Under the pieces are notes generated by a model. It was not told the DNA's origin. It was given only the letters and a program-made list of their open reading frames with translations, and searched no databases. A stretch of DNA of 64,000 bases from a plasmid: the sequence record NZ_CP090684.1. One strand, given 5' to 3'. Below, piece after piece: positions 39,338 through 48,679 of this stretch. A program made the position numbers and the translations under genes. Positions within the stretch are counted from its first letter, which is position 1; each line of letters begins with the position of its first letter.

Positions 39338-39745
39338 CTACGCAGGCCGGAGCCAGTTTTCGACGGCGAGTCCTGTAACGCGAGTGAATTCGGCCGTATT
39401 GTCCGTGACCAAGACGGCGTCGACGGCCATCGCGTGGGCAGCGATCAGCATGTCGTTCGCCCCGATCAACTGACCCTGCCTCTCGAGATCGGCTCGCAGC
39501 CGCCCGTAGCACTGATCCGCGTCGGACTGCAGCGGTAATACGGTCAAGCTCGCGAGCAGCTGCTCGACACGCTGGGCGAGCGCCGAGGAGCCGCGCTTAC
39601 AGACGCCGTACCGTAGCTCGGCCGCGACGACGATCGAGGTGCACACTTGCTCGGGCCGCGTTTCCCCGATGCGCGAAGCGCATGCGCCCCGTGGGTCTCG
39701 GATCACGTTCGACAAAATATTGGTGTCGAGCAGATAGAGGCTCAT
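39338..39745 (-). CDS. vapC: VapC PIN-domain toxin
   Basis: MSLYLLDTNILSNVIRDPRG, the PIN acidic residue pattern. Confidence 0.9.
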   Translation of the reverse strand: MSLYLLDTNILSNVIRDPRGACASRIGETRPEQVCTSIVVAAELRYGVCKRGSSALAQRVEQLLASLTVLPLQSDADQCYGRLRADLERQGQLIGANDMLIAAHAMAVDAVLVTDNTAEFTRVTGLAVENWLRPA

Positions 39746-39984
39746 TCAATATCGACCGGTTCAGCGGGGAGGTTTTCGATGTCAGGGAAAGTTTCGTCCA
39801 AGGGCGCCCATTGCGCAAATAGCTCGCGTAGAGACGGCGCTTCGACCGGTTCGATGATTAGGCGCCGGCCTTCACGATGAATAGTGACTTCCGAGACCGG
39901 CAGCTCGAACTCGCGCGGGATCCGCACGGCCTGGCTACGTCCGTTGCGAAATAGGCGTGCGTGGCGGGTGTCATGGGTTGGCAT
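39742..39984 (-). CDS. vapB: VapB antitoxin (AbrB/SpoVT-like)
   Basis: 80 aa. Overlaps vapC by 4 nt. Confidence 0.85.
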   Translation of the reverse strand: MPTHDTRHARLFRNGRSQAVRIPREFELPVSEVTIHREGRRLIIEPVEAPSLRELFAQWAPLDETFPDIENLPAEPVDIE

Positions 39985-40013
39985 AGGGACGGCTCCAGTT
40001 CAATTGCGACGGC

Positions 40014-40029
40014 ATATGCCACAGCATAT
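40014..40029. promoter_or_regulatory. Inverted repeat ATATGC-N4-GCATAT in vapBC promoter (candidate autoregulatory operator)
   Basis: Palindrome 30-45 bp upstream of the vapB start. Confidence 0.4.
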
Positions 40030-40085
40030 ACAAGGTGCAGAAAATTCGCAAATATCCGCCGACATGCGAGCCGGCCGGCGCCCAT

Positions 40086-41117
40086 TTATCTGCGGCTACC
40101 TGCGCCCTTCGGGCTGGCCGGATTTTCGCGGGAAACTGTGCGTGCCGGCTTGTCGGCGCGCAGCCCGCAAAAAGACGGATGCCGTAACCGGCCGGCCGGC
40201 GTCCACTCGAGAAACGCCACTTCGGCGACGAGGTCGGGCTTCAGCCAGTGAAACTCACGATCGACCTCAGGGTCGGGGGCGCTGGCAAACGGCGAGCGTT
40301 TGCGGCCCAACGCCGAGAGCCGACTCTCGAATTCCCGAGCCTGTCGCGGCGTAAAGCTCGGCGCGACGTGGCCGACATAGCGCAGGCGACCACCCTCCTC
40401 GTACACGCCCAACAGCAACGCCCGCACCCCTGCTGTCGCCCCTTTCCGGCGGGAAAACCCGCCGATCACGAACTCCTGGCGTCTGACACATTTCAATTTG
40501 ATCCACCGATCCGACCGTCCGGACCGATACGGTGCGTCGATTTGCTTGCCAATGATGCCTTCGAGGCCGAGCTCACATGCGGATGCCAGCATGGCGGACG
40601 CATCTGCCTCGATCGCCTCGGAAAATCGAACCTCCTCCCGAAGAACTTCACCGATGATTCCCGTTAGAGCGGATCGGCGCTCGTGCCATGGCCGACGGCG
40701 AAGGTCAGTGTCGTCTATCCACATAAGGTCGAAGACCACAAGACATATACCGGTGGTACGCCGACTGTTGAATGCTTCCTGCAGACGGCTGAAGTTAGGG
40801 CGCCCATCGGGGGCGAAACATACGGCCTCGGCATCAAGCCACGCGCGTTGGACCGGTAACCTCTTCAGGACCGCGGTCAGGTGCGGGAGCTTACTCGTCC
40901 AATCGTGGCCATTCCTTGTATAGAGCCGTACGTCACCATCATCGACGCGCACGAGCATCCGGTAACCGTCGAACTTTATCTCGTAGGCCCAATCTCCCGC
41001 CGGCGGCGGCTCGGACATTAGCACGGCCAAGGCAGGCGCAATGAATTCGGACATGCGCGCATTCTTGGCTACGACCACCCCCGCTCGGGTCTTTTGTGCT
41101 GTTGTACGCCGTTGCAT
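40086..41117 (-). CDS. ATP-dependent DNA ligase (LigD ligase-domain type, stand-alone)
   Basis: Motif I EIKFDGYR plus the downstream adenylation/OB region. Start likely at internal Met 41117 or 41054, because the parS palindrome at 41204-41219 lies in the annotated 5' extension. Confidence 0.7.
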   Translation of the reverse strand: MQRRTTAQKTRAGVVVAKNARMSEFIAPALAVLMSEPPPAGDWAYEIKFDGYRMLVRVDDGDVRLYTRNGHDWTSKLPHLTAVLKRLPVQRAWLDAEAVCFAPDGRPNFSRLQEAFNSRRTTGICLVVFDLMWIDDTDLRRRPWHERRSALTGIIGEVLREEVRFSEAIEADASAMLASACELGLEGIIGKQIDAPYRSGRSDRWIKLKCVRRQEFVIGGFSRRKGATAGVRALLLGVYEEGGRLRYVGHVAPSFTPRQAREFESRLSALGRKRSPFASAPDPEVDREFHWLKPDLVAEVAFLEWTPAGRLRHPSFCGLRADKPARTVSRENPASPKGAGSRR

Positions 41118-41203
41118 ACGGCCTCCCTCTTGCCGATCGGAATGCGCGCAATCGAGCGCAATCGATATACCCGACGGCCTTCGCAATTGACCGAGGCTTG
41201 CAC

Positions 41204-41219
41204 CTTGGCTCGAGCCAAG
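41204..41219. repeat. parS-like 16-bp perfect palindrome CTTGGCTCGAGCCAAG (copy 1)
   Basis: Self-complementary 16-mer. Four copies cluster around parAB. Confidence 0.65.
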
Positions 41220-41402
41220 ATCTCGGCGATCCATCGGGGTCAGCTTCCACTGCTTCAGCCGATACTCGATCCTGCTCTGGATTTGCAGGTCTTGCTGGCT
41301 ATCGGCACAAGAGCGAGTCCTTGACGATCTGGCTGGCGCGATACGCTCTTGCAGGTGCCATGTCCGGCTGGCGAGCGACGTTCATTGGAACGTCTTTGCG
41401 GT

Positions 41403-41418
41403 CTTGGCTCGAGCCAAG
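41403..41418. repeat. parS-like palindrome CTTGGCTCGAGCCAAG (copy 2)
   Basis: Identical 16-mer. Confidence 0.65.
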
Positions 41419-41459
41419 ATGCGCGCAGGCAACGCCAATTCAGACGTGGCTGCGGTGAT

Positions 41460-41475
41460 CTTGGCTCGAGCCAAT
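41460..41475. repeat. parS-like palindrome, 15/16 match (copy 3)
   Basis: CTTGGCTCGAGCCAAT. Confidence 0.6.
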
Positions 41476-41610
41476 CGCATAGCGGGCCCGAAGCGTTGTA
41501 GTGCGACCACATTTATAAGTCTTTTTTCGGGATTTTTACTCGGTTGATTGACATAGTTTGTTGGTCGAATGACAATCCGATCGTCGAAACATGCTTCGAG
41601 CGGAGGTTAA

Positions 41611-42282
41611 ATGGTCATCACCATCGGTGCGGAAAAAGGCGGCGTTGCGAAGACACGATTAGCGACGCACATCGCGGCATTAGCTGCGAGCGAGGGAGTG
41701 GACGTGGTTCTTCTCGATACGGACAAACAGGGGTCCGCTATGAGCTGGTCGCGAATTCGAAATGAGGAAGGCGTCACACCTTCCATCCCTGTACTCGCGC
41801 TCCCGGCGAATCCCGCACGCGAGCTAGCGAATCTGGCAAACAAGTACACGCTAGTGGTGGTTGATATCGGGGCGCAAAACTACCGGACCATGCTGGAATG
41901 CGCACTTTTATCCGATCTCGTGCTAGTTCCGTGTGGTCCCGACCAACAGGAAGTTGAATCAACTCTCAACGTTTTTGCGACCCTTAAGGACATGGGGCCC
42001 AGGCACGAGAGTGGGGAAATCCCAGCCTACGTTGTTCTTACGCGAGTTTCGCCGATTGAAGGATCCAAGGCGACGGCGGAACTGAGAAGCTATTTCAAAA
42101 GCGAAGATATCCGGTTGTTTGATTCGCAGATTCCCCAGCGGGAAGCATGGCGCGCGACCGGCAAGACTGGACGCGCGGTTCACGAGCTGAAAGGCCGCGA
42201 TCGTTCCAAAAAAGCGATTGAAGAGATGGAAGCGGTCTACCGGGAAATCATTAAGCGGATCAATGGTGGGGAGGAGGAATAA
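41611..42282 (+). CDS. parA: ParA-family partition ATPase (small type)
   Basis: Walker A GAEKGGVAKT. Confidence 0.85.
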   Translation: MVITIGAEKGGVAKTRLATHIAALAASEGVDVVLLDTDKQGSAMSWSRIRNEEGVTPSIPVLALPANPARELANLANKYTLVVVDIGAQNYRTMLECALLSDLVLVPCGPDQQEVESTLNVFATLKDMGPRHESGEIPAYVVLTRVSPIEGSKATAELRSYFKSEDIRLFDSQIPQREAWRATGKTGRAVHELKGRDRSKKAIEEMEAVYREIIKRINGGEEE

Positions 42283-43247
42283 TGGCTACTTTCCGGAAAA
42301 AGGCGGTTGATATCGAACGAGTGGCAGCCGTCGAGGATGCAGCTTCGTCGGCGCCGATCGTCGGCGACCCTCGCTTGGCACCGACGATGCCCTCAGTTTC
42401 GCAGCGTGAGAGCGGGGCGGTTGGCTCGAGCCAAGACCCTAGGAAGTATGAGGTTGGACACGTATATGAAATCCCGATTGGCAAAATAAGATCAAATTCT
42501 GTCAATCCAAGAGCGATCTACACCGCTTCTGCTGTCTCCGAGATGGCGGAATCTCTCCTCGCGCGGGGCCAAGGTCAAGCCGCGATCGGCTATGTCAACG
42601 ATGACGCAGAGATTGTGCTCATCGACGGCGAGCGGCGGCTTCGCGGCGCTCGGACTGCCGGCCTTTCGACCCTGCGGATCGAGATTCGTCCGAAGCCCGG
42701 AAGCGAGCGCGAGCTTTATGAGGAAGCCCGGGCTGCGAACGTAGAGCGGAAGGATCAAAGCCCGTTGGACGACGCTATCAAATGGAAGGAGTTGATCGCG
42801 CGGAAGATCTATCCCACGCAAGCGGCGCTTGCTAAGGCGCTGAATCTCGGCGAAGACCACGTGAGCCGCACATTGTCTCTCGCCCAATTGCCGAACAAGC
42901 TTGTCCAAGCAGCGGCGGAGCACCCGGAACTTCTTTCTCTCAAAATGCTGAACGCCATTCGAGAGTTCTGGGAAGTGAAGGGGGACGATGAAACTCTCGA
43001 GCTGATTTCCGAGGCTGCGAAGAATGGGCTGGGGTATCGCGACGTAGCCGCTCGCCGTAAGGCCGCTGCAAAAGGACCGGTTCGGCGGCCGCGGTCGACG
43101 CGGGAACAGCTGAGTTTTCGAGGAGCGAAGGGGGAGTTTAAGTCTTTTGAAGAGGACGGCCGGATCGAGTTGAAGCTGAAGGGCTTGGCACCGGACGTCG
43201 CGGCCGAGATCAGTGAAAAAATCTTGGCTCTTTTCCCGAAGGAGTAG
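42282..43247 (+). CDS. parB: ParB partition protein
   Basis: ParB box LIDGERRLRGA. Contains the fourth parS-like copy internally. Confidence 0.85.
   Translation: MATFRKKAVDIERVAAVEDAASSAPIVGDPRLAPTMPSVSQRESGAVGSSQDPRKYEVGHVYEIPIGKIRSNSVNPRAIYTASAVSEMAESLLARGQGQAAIGYVNDDAEIVLIDGERRLRGARTAGLSTLRIEIRPKPGSERELYEEARAANVERKDQSPLDDAIKWKELIARKIYPTQAALAKALNLGEDHVSRTLSLAQLPNKLVQAAAEHPELLSLKMLNAIREFWEVKGDDETLELISEAAKNGLGYRDVAARRKAAAKGPVRRPRSTREQLSFRGAKGEFKSFEEDGRIELKLKGLAPDVAAEISEKILALFPKE
42420..42435. repeat. parS-like palindrome inside parB (copy 4, inner 14 bp perfect)
   Basis: GTTGGCTCGAGCCAAG. Confidence 0.6.
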
Positions 43248-43359
43248 GGGGCGCTGCTGCTTCGCAGCGCAAGCGGGTTACCGACACAGGGGCTAGAGGA
43301 CGTTGAGCTGGGATGTGCTGCGCTGTGCAACTGTGCACGGCTGCAGCATCTGGAAACTA

Positions 43360-43960
43360 TCGGCTCTGGAGCGATGGGTTCTCTTTACATCCTGTAAGAA
43401 AGTCTCGTGCTTGGAGCGATGGTGTATGACGTTCCTCCAGCGATGGTGCAGACGCGGCGGGCTTGAGCGCGAGAGTGTGTGCTCACCTTGCTTTGCGCAT
43501 CTCGGGTCGTTCTTCCAGCGATGCTTCTCGTCGAGAATCGTTCCTCCAGCGATGTTTGTGGGTGACTCGGCGGCCGGTACTGTCGTTCATGGAGCGATGA
43601 GTGACGGATCCACCGTGAGATTGTTGGGCTGCAGGTATCGTGCTTCCAGCGATGGATGACATGATTAGAAAAAGATTAAAGACGATTAGGCTTTGTGGAA
43701 AACATAGGTAGCCCACTGATTGCAAAGAGGTTTTTTGCGGATCGTGCTCGCTGGAAGAACGATAGATGCATCGCTGGCGATACGATGCACGCCTCGCTGG
43801 AGAGACGATGGGCAACGCTGCAGGAACGACAGAGGTTGCACGCTGGAGGAACGAGGAACATCGCTGCAGGAACGACTGCGCCGCGATACCTCGCTGGAGG
43901 GACGATAGTCCCGTAGTTTTTTTGCTGAACCATCGCTGGAGAGACGAGACAAGGGTCTTG
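43360..43960. repeat. Iteron-type origin of vegetative replication (oriV): about 15 direct repeats flanking an AT-rich core
   Basis: Seven copies of (C/T)(C/T)(G/C)(G/C)AGCGATG(G) at 43366-43655. AT-rich segment 43656-43700. Eight about 17-bp iterons CGCTGGAGnnACGAnnG at 43749-43950 with about 21-25 bp spacing. Immediately upstream of the trfA-like gene. Confidence 0.75.
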
Positions 43961-43991
43961 ATGGCGGGACCGACCTACATATACTTCTCGC

Positions 43992-44849
43992 ATGGCAAAT
44001 TCCATCGTCGACCACGTGAAAGCGATTGCGGCCCGCGCTAGCAGCGCGGGCGCTGAAACGCAATCTCATCCGACACAGATTCCGCTGTGGCCGCCGAACG
44101 TTCGTGGTATGCCAAACGCGCTAGCGCGCTCGGCTCTGTTCAACGTCAACAAGTCGAATGCGCCGCGTAGCAGGATGGAGAAAGCGCTGATTGCAAGTGT
44201 TGATGGGGTGGAAATAACGTTCAGTGGGGAAGAGCTTAGACAGGACGATGCGGACGTCTTTCTAGAAGTGCTTCACTTGGCTAGAGACACGCAGCTGAAC
44301 GAGAAGGTGGAATTCACGGGCTACAGCGTACTGAAGTCTCTCGGGTGGGGCACGTCTGTGAAATGTTACGACCGACTCGTGACGACGCTGGAACGACTGC
44401 AGGCAGGGCAGGTGAAAGTGCGTTTCTCCGGCAACAAAAAGGGGTTCGTCGGCTCGTTAATCCGGAAGTTCCTGTGGAAAGAGGGCACTGAAACGGGAAC
44501 TGACGGGAAGACGAGGTGGGTGGCGTACGTAGAACCCGAGATCGTGGCGCTTTTCTCCGATGACGATTACACGCGACTCGCGCGCGAGCAACGCCAACGG
44601 TTGCGATATGAATTGTCGAAATGGCTGCACACCTACTACCACACGCATGCAGTGCCTTACGCGCATTCCGTTCGTTTCCTTCATCGTCAGTGTGGTTCGC
44701 AGACCAAAGAGTTGTTTCACTTTCGCGCGAACTTGAAAAAGGCGCTTGATGAACTTGTAAAGGAAGGCTTCCTGGTGAGCTGGACGATCGACAAGAACGA
44801 TTTGGTCCATGTTGTTCGCGCGTCGGCTCGCGGGGCAATTGCCGCGTAA
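43992..44849 (+). CDS. trfA: TrfA-like plasmid replication initiator
   Basis: 285 aa. Lies downstream of the iteron array. The IPLWPPNVRGMPNALARSALF region resembles TrfA-family initiators. Confidence 0.65.
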   Translation: MANSIVDHVKAIAARASSAGAETQSHPTQIPLWPPNVRGMPNALARSALFNVNKSNAPRSRMEKALIASVDGVEITFSGEELRQDDADVFLEVLHLARDTQLNEKVEFTGYSVLKSLGWGTSVKCYDRLVTTLERLQAGQVKVRFSGNKKGFVGSLIRKFLWKEGTETGTDGKTRWVAYVEPEIVALFSDDDYTRLAREQRQRLRYELSKWLHTYYHTHAVPYAHSVRFLHRQCGSQTKELFHFRANLKKALDELVKEGFLVSWTIDKNDLVHVVRASARGAIAA

Positions 44850-45059
44850 AGAACAGCGCTGTTAGCTCGTTCCACAAGCGCCTTTGAAGGTTCGAATGCC
44901 CCTCGGTGGGCCGGCCGTTTTGTTGGAGACTTCAGGGTGTGGGAGGCGCGGCGGGGCAAACGAGGGCGGATATCGGTTTCGTTGACCGTTAGTTGCACAA
45001 TTCGTGTGGAGTCCCCAAGCAGACCGACATAAACGGGCTTGTAAACGCCTTCGCCTCTC

Positions 45060-45152
45060 GATATACTCGATAAGCGCCTGAGACAGCAGGCGTCGGGTTT
45101 GGCGACCCGTCTAATCAAAGCGCACAAGACCGCGCCCGCGGTCTTTTTTGTG
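45060..45152 (+). ncRNA. Candidate small RNA with intrinsic terminator
   Basis: Promoter-like TTGTAA-N17-GATATACT. Internal hairpin CGCCTG/CAGGCG. Strong terminator AAGACCGCG-CCC-GCGGTCTT + TTTTTT at 45126-45152. No ORF. Confidence 0.35.
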
Positions 45153-45313
45153 CCGAAGGCCTTTGCGCGCCGGTTTCTATGGGCGGGCCAAGGCGGGGAG
45201 ACCTTCGAGTCTGCCGGTTTCTTTGATTTCCGGTTCGCCAACCCTGCCTTGTGCCCGCTCACCCCATTTGGCGATGGGGCGCGGGGAAAATCGCAAATCA
45301 AAGAGGCCAATCC

Positions 45314-46534
45314 GTGAAGAACATCTCGCCTGAATCCGGGCAGGCATTGCCCCGTCGTCTCCCGTACCCTTCATCAAGACTCTTCGGATTGCTGCTCGCG
45401 GTGCTATCGACCGGCACATCCCTCTGGATATCCGTCGTCGCCGGAGAGGAACGCGGGGGATCTTCGATTGAGCGAGGAGTGTGGGCAGCAATCGGGCTAG
45501 TTCTGCTCGTCGCAGCGCACCTTATCCCTGCGGTGACGCGCGGTACGGCCGCTCGTATTCGGTTGCCGGCGTTGCTCCTCTGGGCGGTGTGCATGGTTAT
45601 CACAGGGTACGGCCACGCAACCTTTTTCTTGGCTGCTCAGCGCCATGCTGGCGACGTAAGAGCGACCACGGTTCATCGCAGCAGCCAACTAGCAGAAATT
45701 CGGCAGCCTGACGGCCGCAGCCTAGCCGCAATCGCTCGTGATCAAGCACACGTGAGGCAGCAGCTCGCGGTGGCACGCTATATGAGGTGCTTGAATCGAT
45801 GCGAGCAACAGACCATTCGGCGTGAGACGCTTGCAGCACAACTAGCTGCGTTGGATGTCGAAGCTGGGGAAGCGCGTCGGCGCGAAGAAGCCGCCGACCA
45901 TATCCGCTCTACGATCGAACGTCAGCAAGCGCGCGAAGAGCAGGCCCGAATCGACCCAGTTACGGCTCAAGCCGCACAATTAGTGAACGCTTCTCGCGAA
46001 ACAATCGACCTAATGGTCGCGCTGGTCCATGGCGCGGTGCTCGAGTGCGTGGCGTGCCTCGGCTGGTTACTCGCGCTCCATCCGGGGCGGCGTTATGCTG
46101 AGAGCCACTTGCAGACTTTGGCCGCACTCAACGCCGGCGTTACCGGCCGGAGTAACGTCGGGGGCACGGATTCGCTATTTCCTCAACAGAAACTGCACAC
46201 AACAGCCGAGCAAGGGAAGGCCACTGTCACGCCGCGACGCTCCATCGGTGCGGCCGGGAATGTTTCGCCGAGGGAAGCGTTATCGCGGCAGATTGTGGAC
46301 TCGGATTTCTTCCGCTTAAGTCATGCGATTGCAGAAGGGCGACTTCGTCCGACCGTCAAGGACATTCGTGGTTTCCTGAGATGCTCGCAAGATAAGGCGA
46401 TGCGAATGAGACGACGTCTTCTTGCAGTGATCGAGGGAGGGCCCAGCATTCCGCCGTCCGCAGCCGCGCGCGTACGTGCGGAGCAACGTCCTCGTCTCGT
46501 ACACTCCAGTCCCGACCAGCCATGGGCGGCGTAG
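45314..46534 (+). CDS. Membrane protein with 4 N-terminal TM helices and long coiled-coil/Arg-rich C-terminal region (hypothetical)
   Basis: GTG start with AGAGG RBS. The track's ATG at 45251 is also possible. Confidence 0.45.
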   Translation: MKNISPESGQALPRRLPYPSSRLFGLLLAVLSTGTSLWISVVAGEERGGSSIERGVWAAIGLVLLVAAHLIPAVTRGTAARIRLPALLLWAVCMVITGYGHATFFLAAQRHAGDVRATTVHRSSQLAEIRQPDGRSLAAIARDQAHVRQQLAVARYMRCLNRCEQQTIRRETLAAQLAALDVEAGEARRREEAADHIRSTIERQQAREEQARIDPVTAQAAQLVNASRETIDLMVALVHGAVLECVACLGWLLALHPGRRYAESHLQTLAALNAGVTGRSNVGGTDSLFPQQKLHTTAEQGKATVTPRRSIGAAGNVSPREALSRQIVDSDFFRLSHAIAEGRLRPTVKDIRGFLRCSQDKAMRMRRRLLAVIEGGPSIPPSAAARVRAEQRPRLVHSSPDQPWAA

Positions 46535-46601
46535 GGTACCGCGCAGGTATGTGCGTCGCGTTTAGACCGGCGCCATCGGCTATTGGACGACATGGGAAAA
46601 A

Positions 46602-46949
46602 ATGCGCCGCCCAGTCTACGAGGCAGGTGATGCTTCAAAAATCCTAAAAGCAGTTTCCGGGCAATCGGCCCGCCACCTACGGAGATCCAAATTGATACTT
46701 AAAAGATCCAAGAATCTTGTCGACATTAAGGCCTCCCGGTATGGCCTTCGTCGTGCAATCGCCTTCTTCATTATCTGGTCGATCGCATGCGACTTGATCT
46801 TCACTCGCACACTAGGGTGGTCGACAGCAGCCACCCCTTATAATCTCGCCCGCGCCGGCGTAGTGCTGGCGATAGGCGTTGCCTTCGCTATGATCGTTGG
46901 GCGTCGCGCAGAAACCCGTTTCAAGGCGAAACAGGCTCCCACGCTGTAG
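46602..46949 (+). CDS. Hypothetical small membrane protein
   Basis: Two predicted TM helices. Confidence 0.3.
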   Translation: MRRPVYEAGDASKILKAVSGQSARHLRRSKLILKRSKNLVDIKASRYGLRRAIAFFIIWSIACDLIFTRTLGWSTAATPYNLARAGVVLAIGVAFAMIVGRRAETRFKAKQAPTL

Positions 46950-46964
46950 TATCCGACCGCGGCC

Positions 46965-47348
46965 GTGGCAGAGTGCCGCGGCCAATTTGCACGAACCAAC
47001 CATAGCACTATGGCCGCCCTGGAAATTATCGAGAGTCTCGCGAAGGGAATCGATCCGCGCACCGGTGAAATACTGTCTGAGCATGGGCCGTTTAATGATC
47101 CGTCAGTCATTCGAGCGCTCTTCGAAGCTGCGAATGCACTCCGCACGGCGGGCGCGACGTCTGAGCGAAACGTAGTCGGTAAGCCCAAGCCGACGAACGC
47201 CGGGCGCGCATGGCCACTGGAGGAAGACGTCCGGCTGCTGGCGGATTTCGACGCTGGTGTCACTCCGCAGGAACTCGCGCGGAAGCACGGTCGCTCAACA
47301 GGTGCAATAAAGTCGCGCCTCGTGAAGCACGGGCGAATTGAGCGATAG
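46965..47348 (+). CDS. Hypothetical protein with C-terminal HTH-like segment
   Basis: TPQELARKHGRSTGAIKSRLVKHGRI resembles a sigma-70 region-4-type HTH. Confidence 0.35.
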   Translation: MAECRGQFARTNHSTMAALEIIESLAKGIDPRTGEILSEHGPFNDPSVIRALFEAANALRTAGATSERNVVGKPKPTNAGRAWPLEEDVRLLADFDAGVTPQELARKHGRSTGAIKSRLVKHGRIER

Positions 47349-47420
47349 AGACGCCACGGTGACGGTTCGACTAGCAAGTCTTCAGGGCGTGTTCACCTTC
47401 CGCTTTTCAAGGAAACGGGC

Positions 47421-47924
47421 ATGAACGCCGTTTCCCTCGACCTTGTAGGGGCATGTCTACCTCTGGCGCTCGCGATCGGATATCTACCGCGACTGGTCAG
47501 GTCGCTAGACGCTTGGACCTGGATGTTGCTCGTCGGGTCCCTCGGCATTTCTGCGACCTTCTCCTTCTGCGACAGCAAAGCTGTGCACGTCGTGCCCGGT
47601 ATTTACCTCCTGTGCTTCGTAACATGGTTGCGTCGCGGCCGCGGTCAATGTCGGCGGGTTCCTGCTGCGGGCATTTTCAGCGCCACGATGATCACGATCT
47701 TTCCCGGTGACTTGTATGGCGCTCTCACTTGCCACGCCATCGGTATCGCCCGAATCGGCGGTGGAGGGCATCTTGACGCATTGCTCTTGACGCCCTTACT
47801 GCTGTCGACGATGCACGCGGCCGTCTACTACTTCTGTGAGTTGGACGAACACCGTCGAGTCCCCGTGGGAAGCTTCCTGCGGCGCCAGTTCTCGTTATTC
47901 GAGTATTCCGTTCGAAGTCGCTGA
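47421..47924 (+). CDS. Hypothetical polytopic membrane protein
   Basis: Hydrophobic helices throughout. Confidence 0.35.
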   Translation: MNAVSLDLVGACLPLALAIGYLPRLVRSLDAWTWMLLVGSLGISATFSFCDSKAVHVVPGIYLLCFVTWLRRGRGQCRRVPAAGIFSATMITIFPGDLYGALTCHAIGIARIGGGGHLDALLLTPLLLSTMHAAVYYFCELDEHRRVPVGSFLRRQFSLFEYSVRSR

Positions 47925-48203
47925 CCGATAGCGTACAAACTTCGTAGGCAACCCGCATCAATTCGCGGCACCCGATTTGCGGCATTCTAGCCACGCCCAA
48001 TACTGATCGAAATTCTAATCGAGGGACGCGACCGCTCAAGTTATGGCACGCGTGACCGTAATCTACAGAAGGCGGCAGACCGATTGCCGCCACGCCTAGG
48101 GGCGAGACGTCGGCACCAAATCCTGGCTGCGTCGACCAGTTGCCCCTACGAAAGGTTGAGCGAAATAGACTCACAAGAACATCAGTCACGAGGACATTTG
48201 GAC

Positions 48204-48665
48204 ATGGCCGCCACCCGCTGGACGAACGGAAACACAACGCAAAACGCTCAGGGACTCATCGACGCAATCAACGATCCGAATATCGTCACCGTCACGCTAT
48301 TTGCGAGCCCAACTTCAAAGGATCCATCCTTCTCTGATAGCGACGGCCCGGACACGAACTTGCCGCTGCTTTCCGCCTTGACGCATTCGAATTCGGGAAA
48401 TACGACGGTCTTCGACGGCGTTTTCCTGACCGCGGCCCGCCAGTCTCGATATTTCGAAGTAAGAGATGTACTCGACGCCGCGATTGCGAGCGGGAAAGTG
48501 TACTTCGGCGCCTCTCGAGCGCCGTTCACGTCGGCGTTGACACCATTGGATGCGACACGGTCTCTAAGCGCAGTCGCACCCGTGGAAAAGTTGACCAGCT
48601 CAAGCCGTCCGCGTTTTTTCCGGCTGCTCTCGGGCGTCACCGAAGCAACCCTCGCTGCCCTGTAA
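48204..48665 (+). CDS. Hypothetical protein
   Basis: Start MAATRWTNGN. No recognisable domain. Confidence 0.35.
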   Translation: MAATRWTNGNTTQNAQGLIDAINDPNIVTVTLFASPTSKDPSFSDSDGPDTNLPLLSALTHSNSGNTTVFDGVFLTAARQSRYFEVRDVLDAAIASGKVYFGASRAPFTSALTPLDATRSLSAVAPVEKLTSSSRPRFFRLLSGVTEATLAAL

Positions 48666-48679
48666 GCTTCTGGCCCGTA

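Noticed and set aside
43360-43960. Possible CRISPR array
   Set aside because: Repeats are 12-17 bp with irregular 21-78 bp spacing, an AT-rich core, and no cas genes. This is iteron/oriV architecture, not CRISPR.
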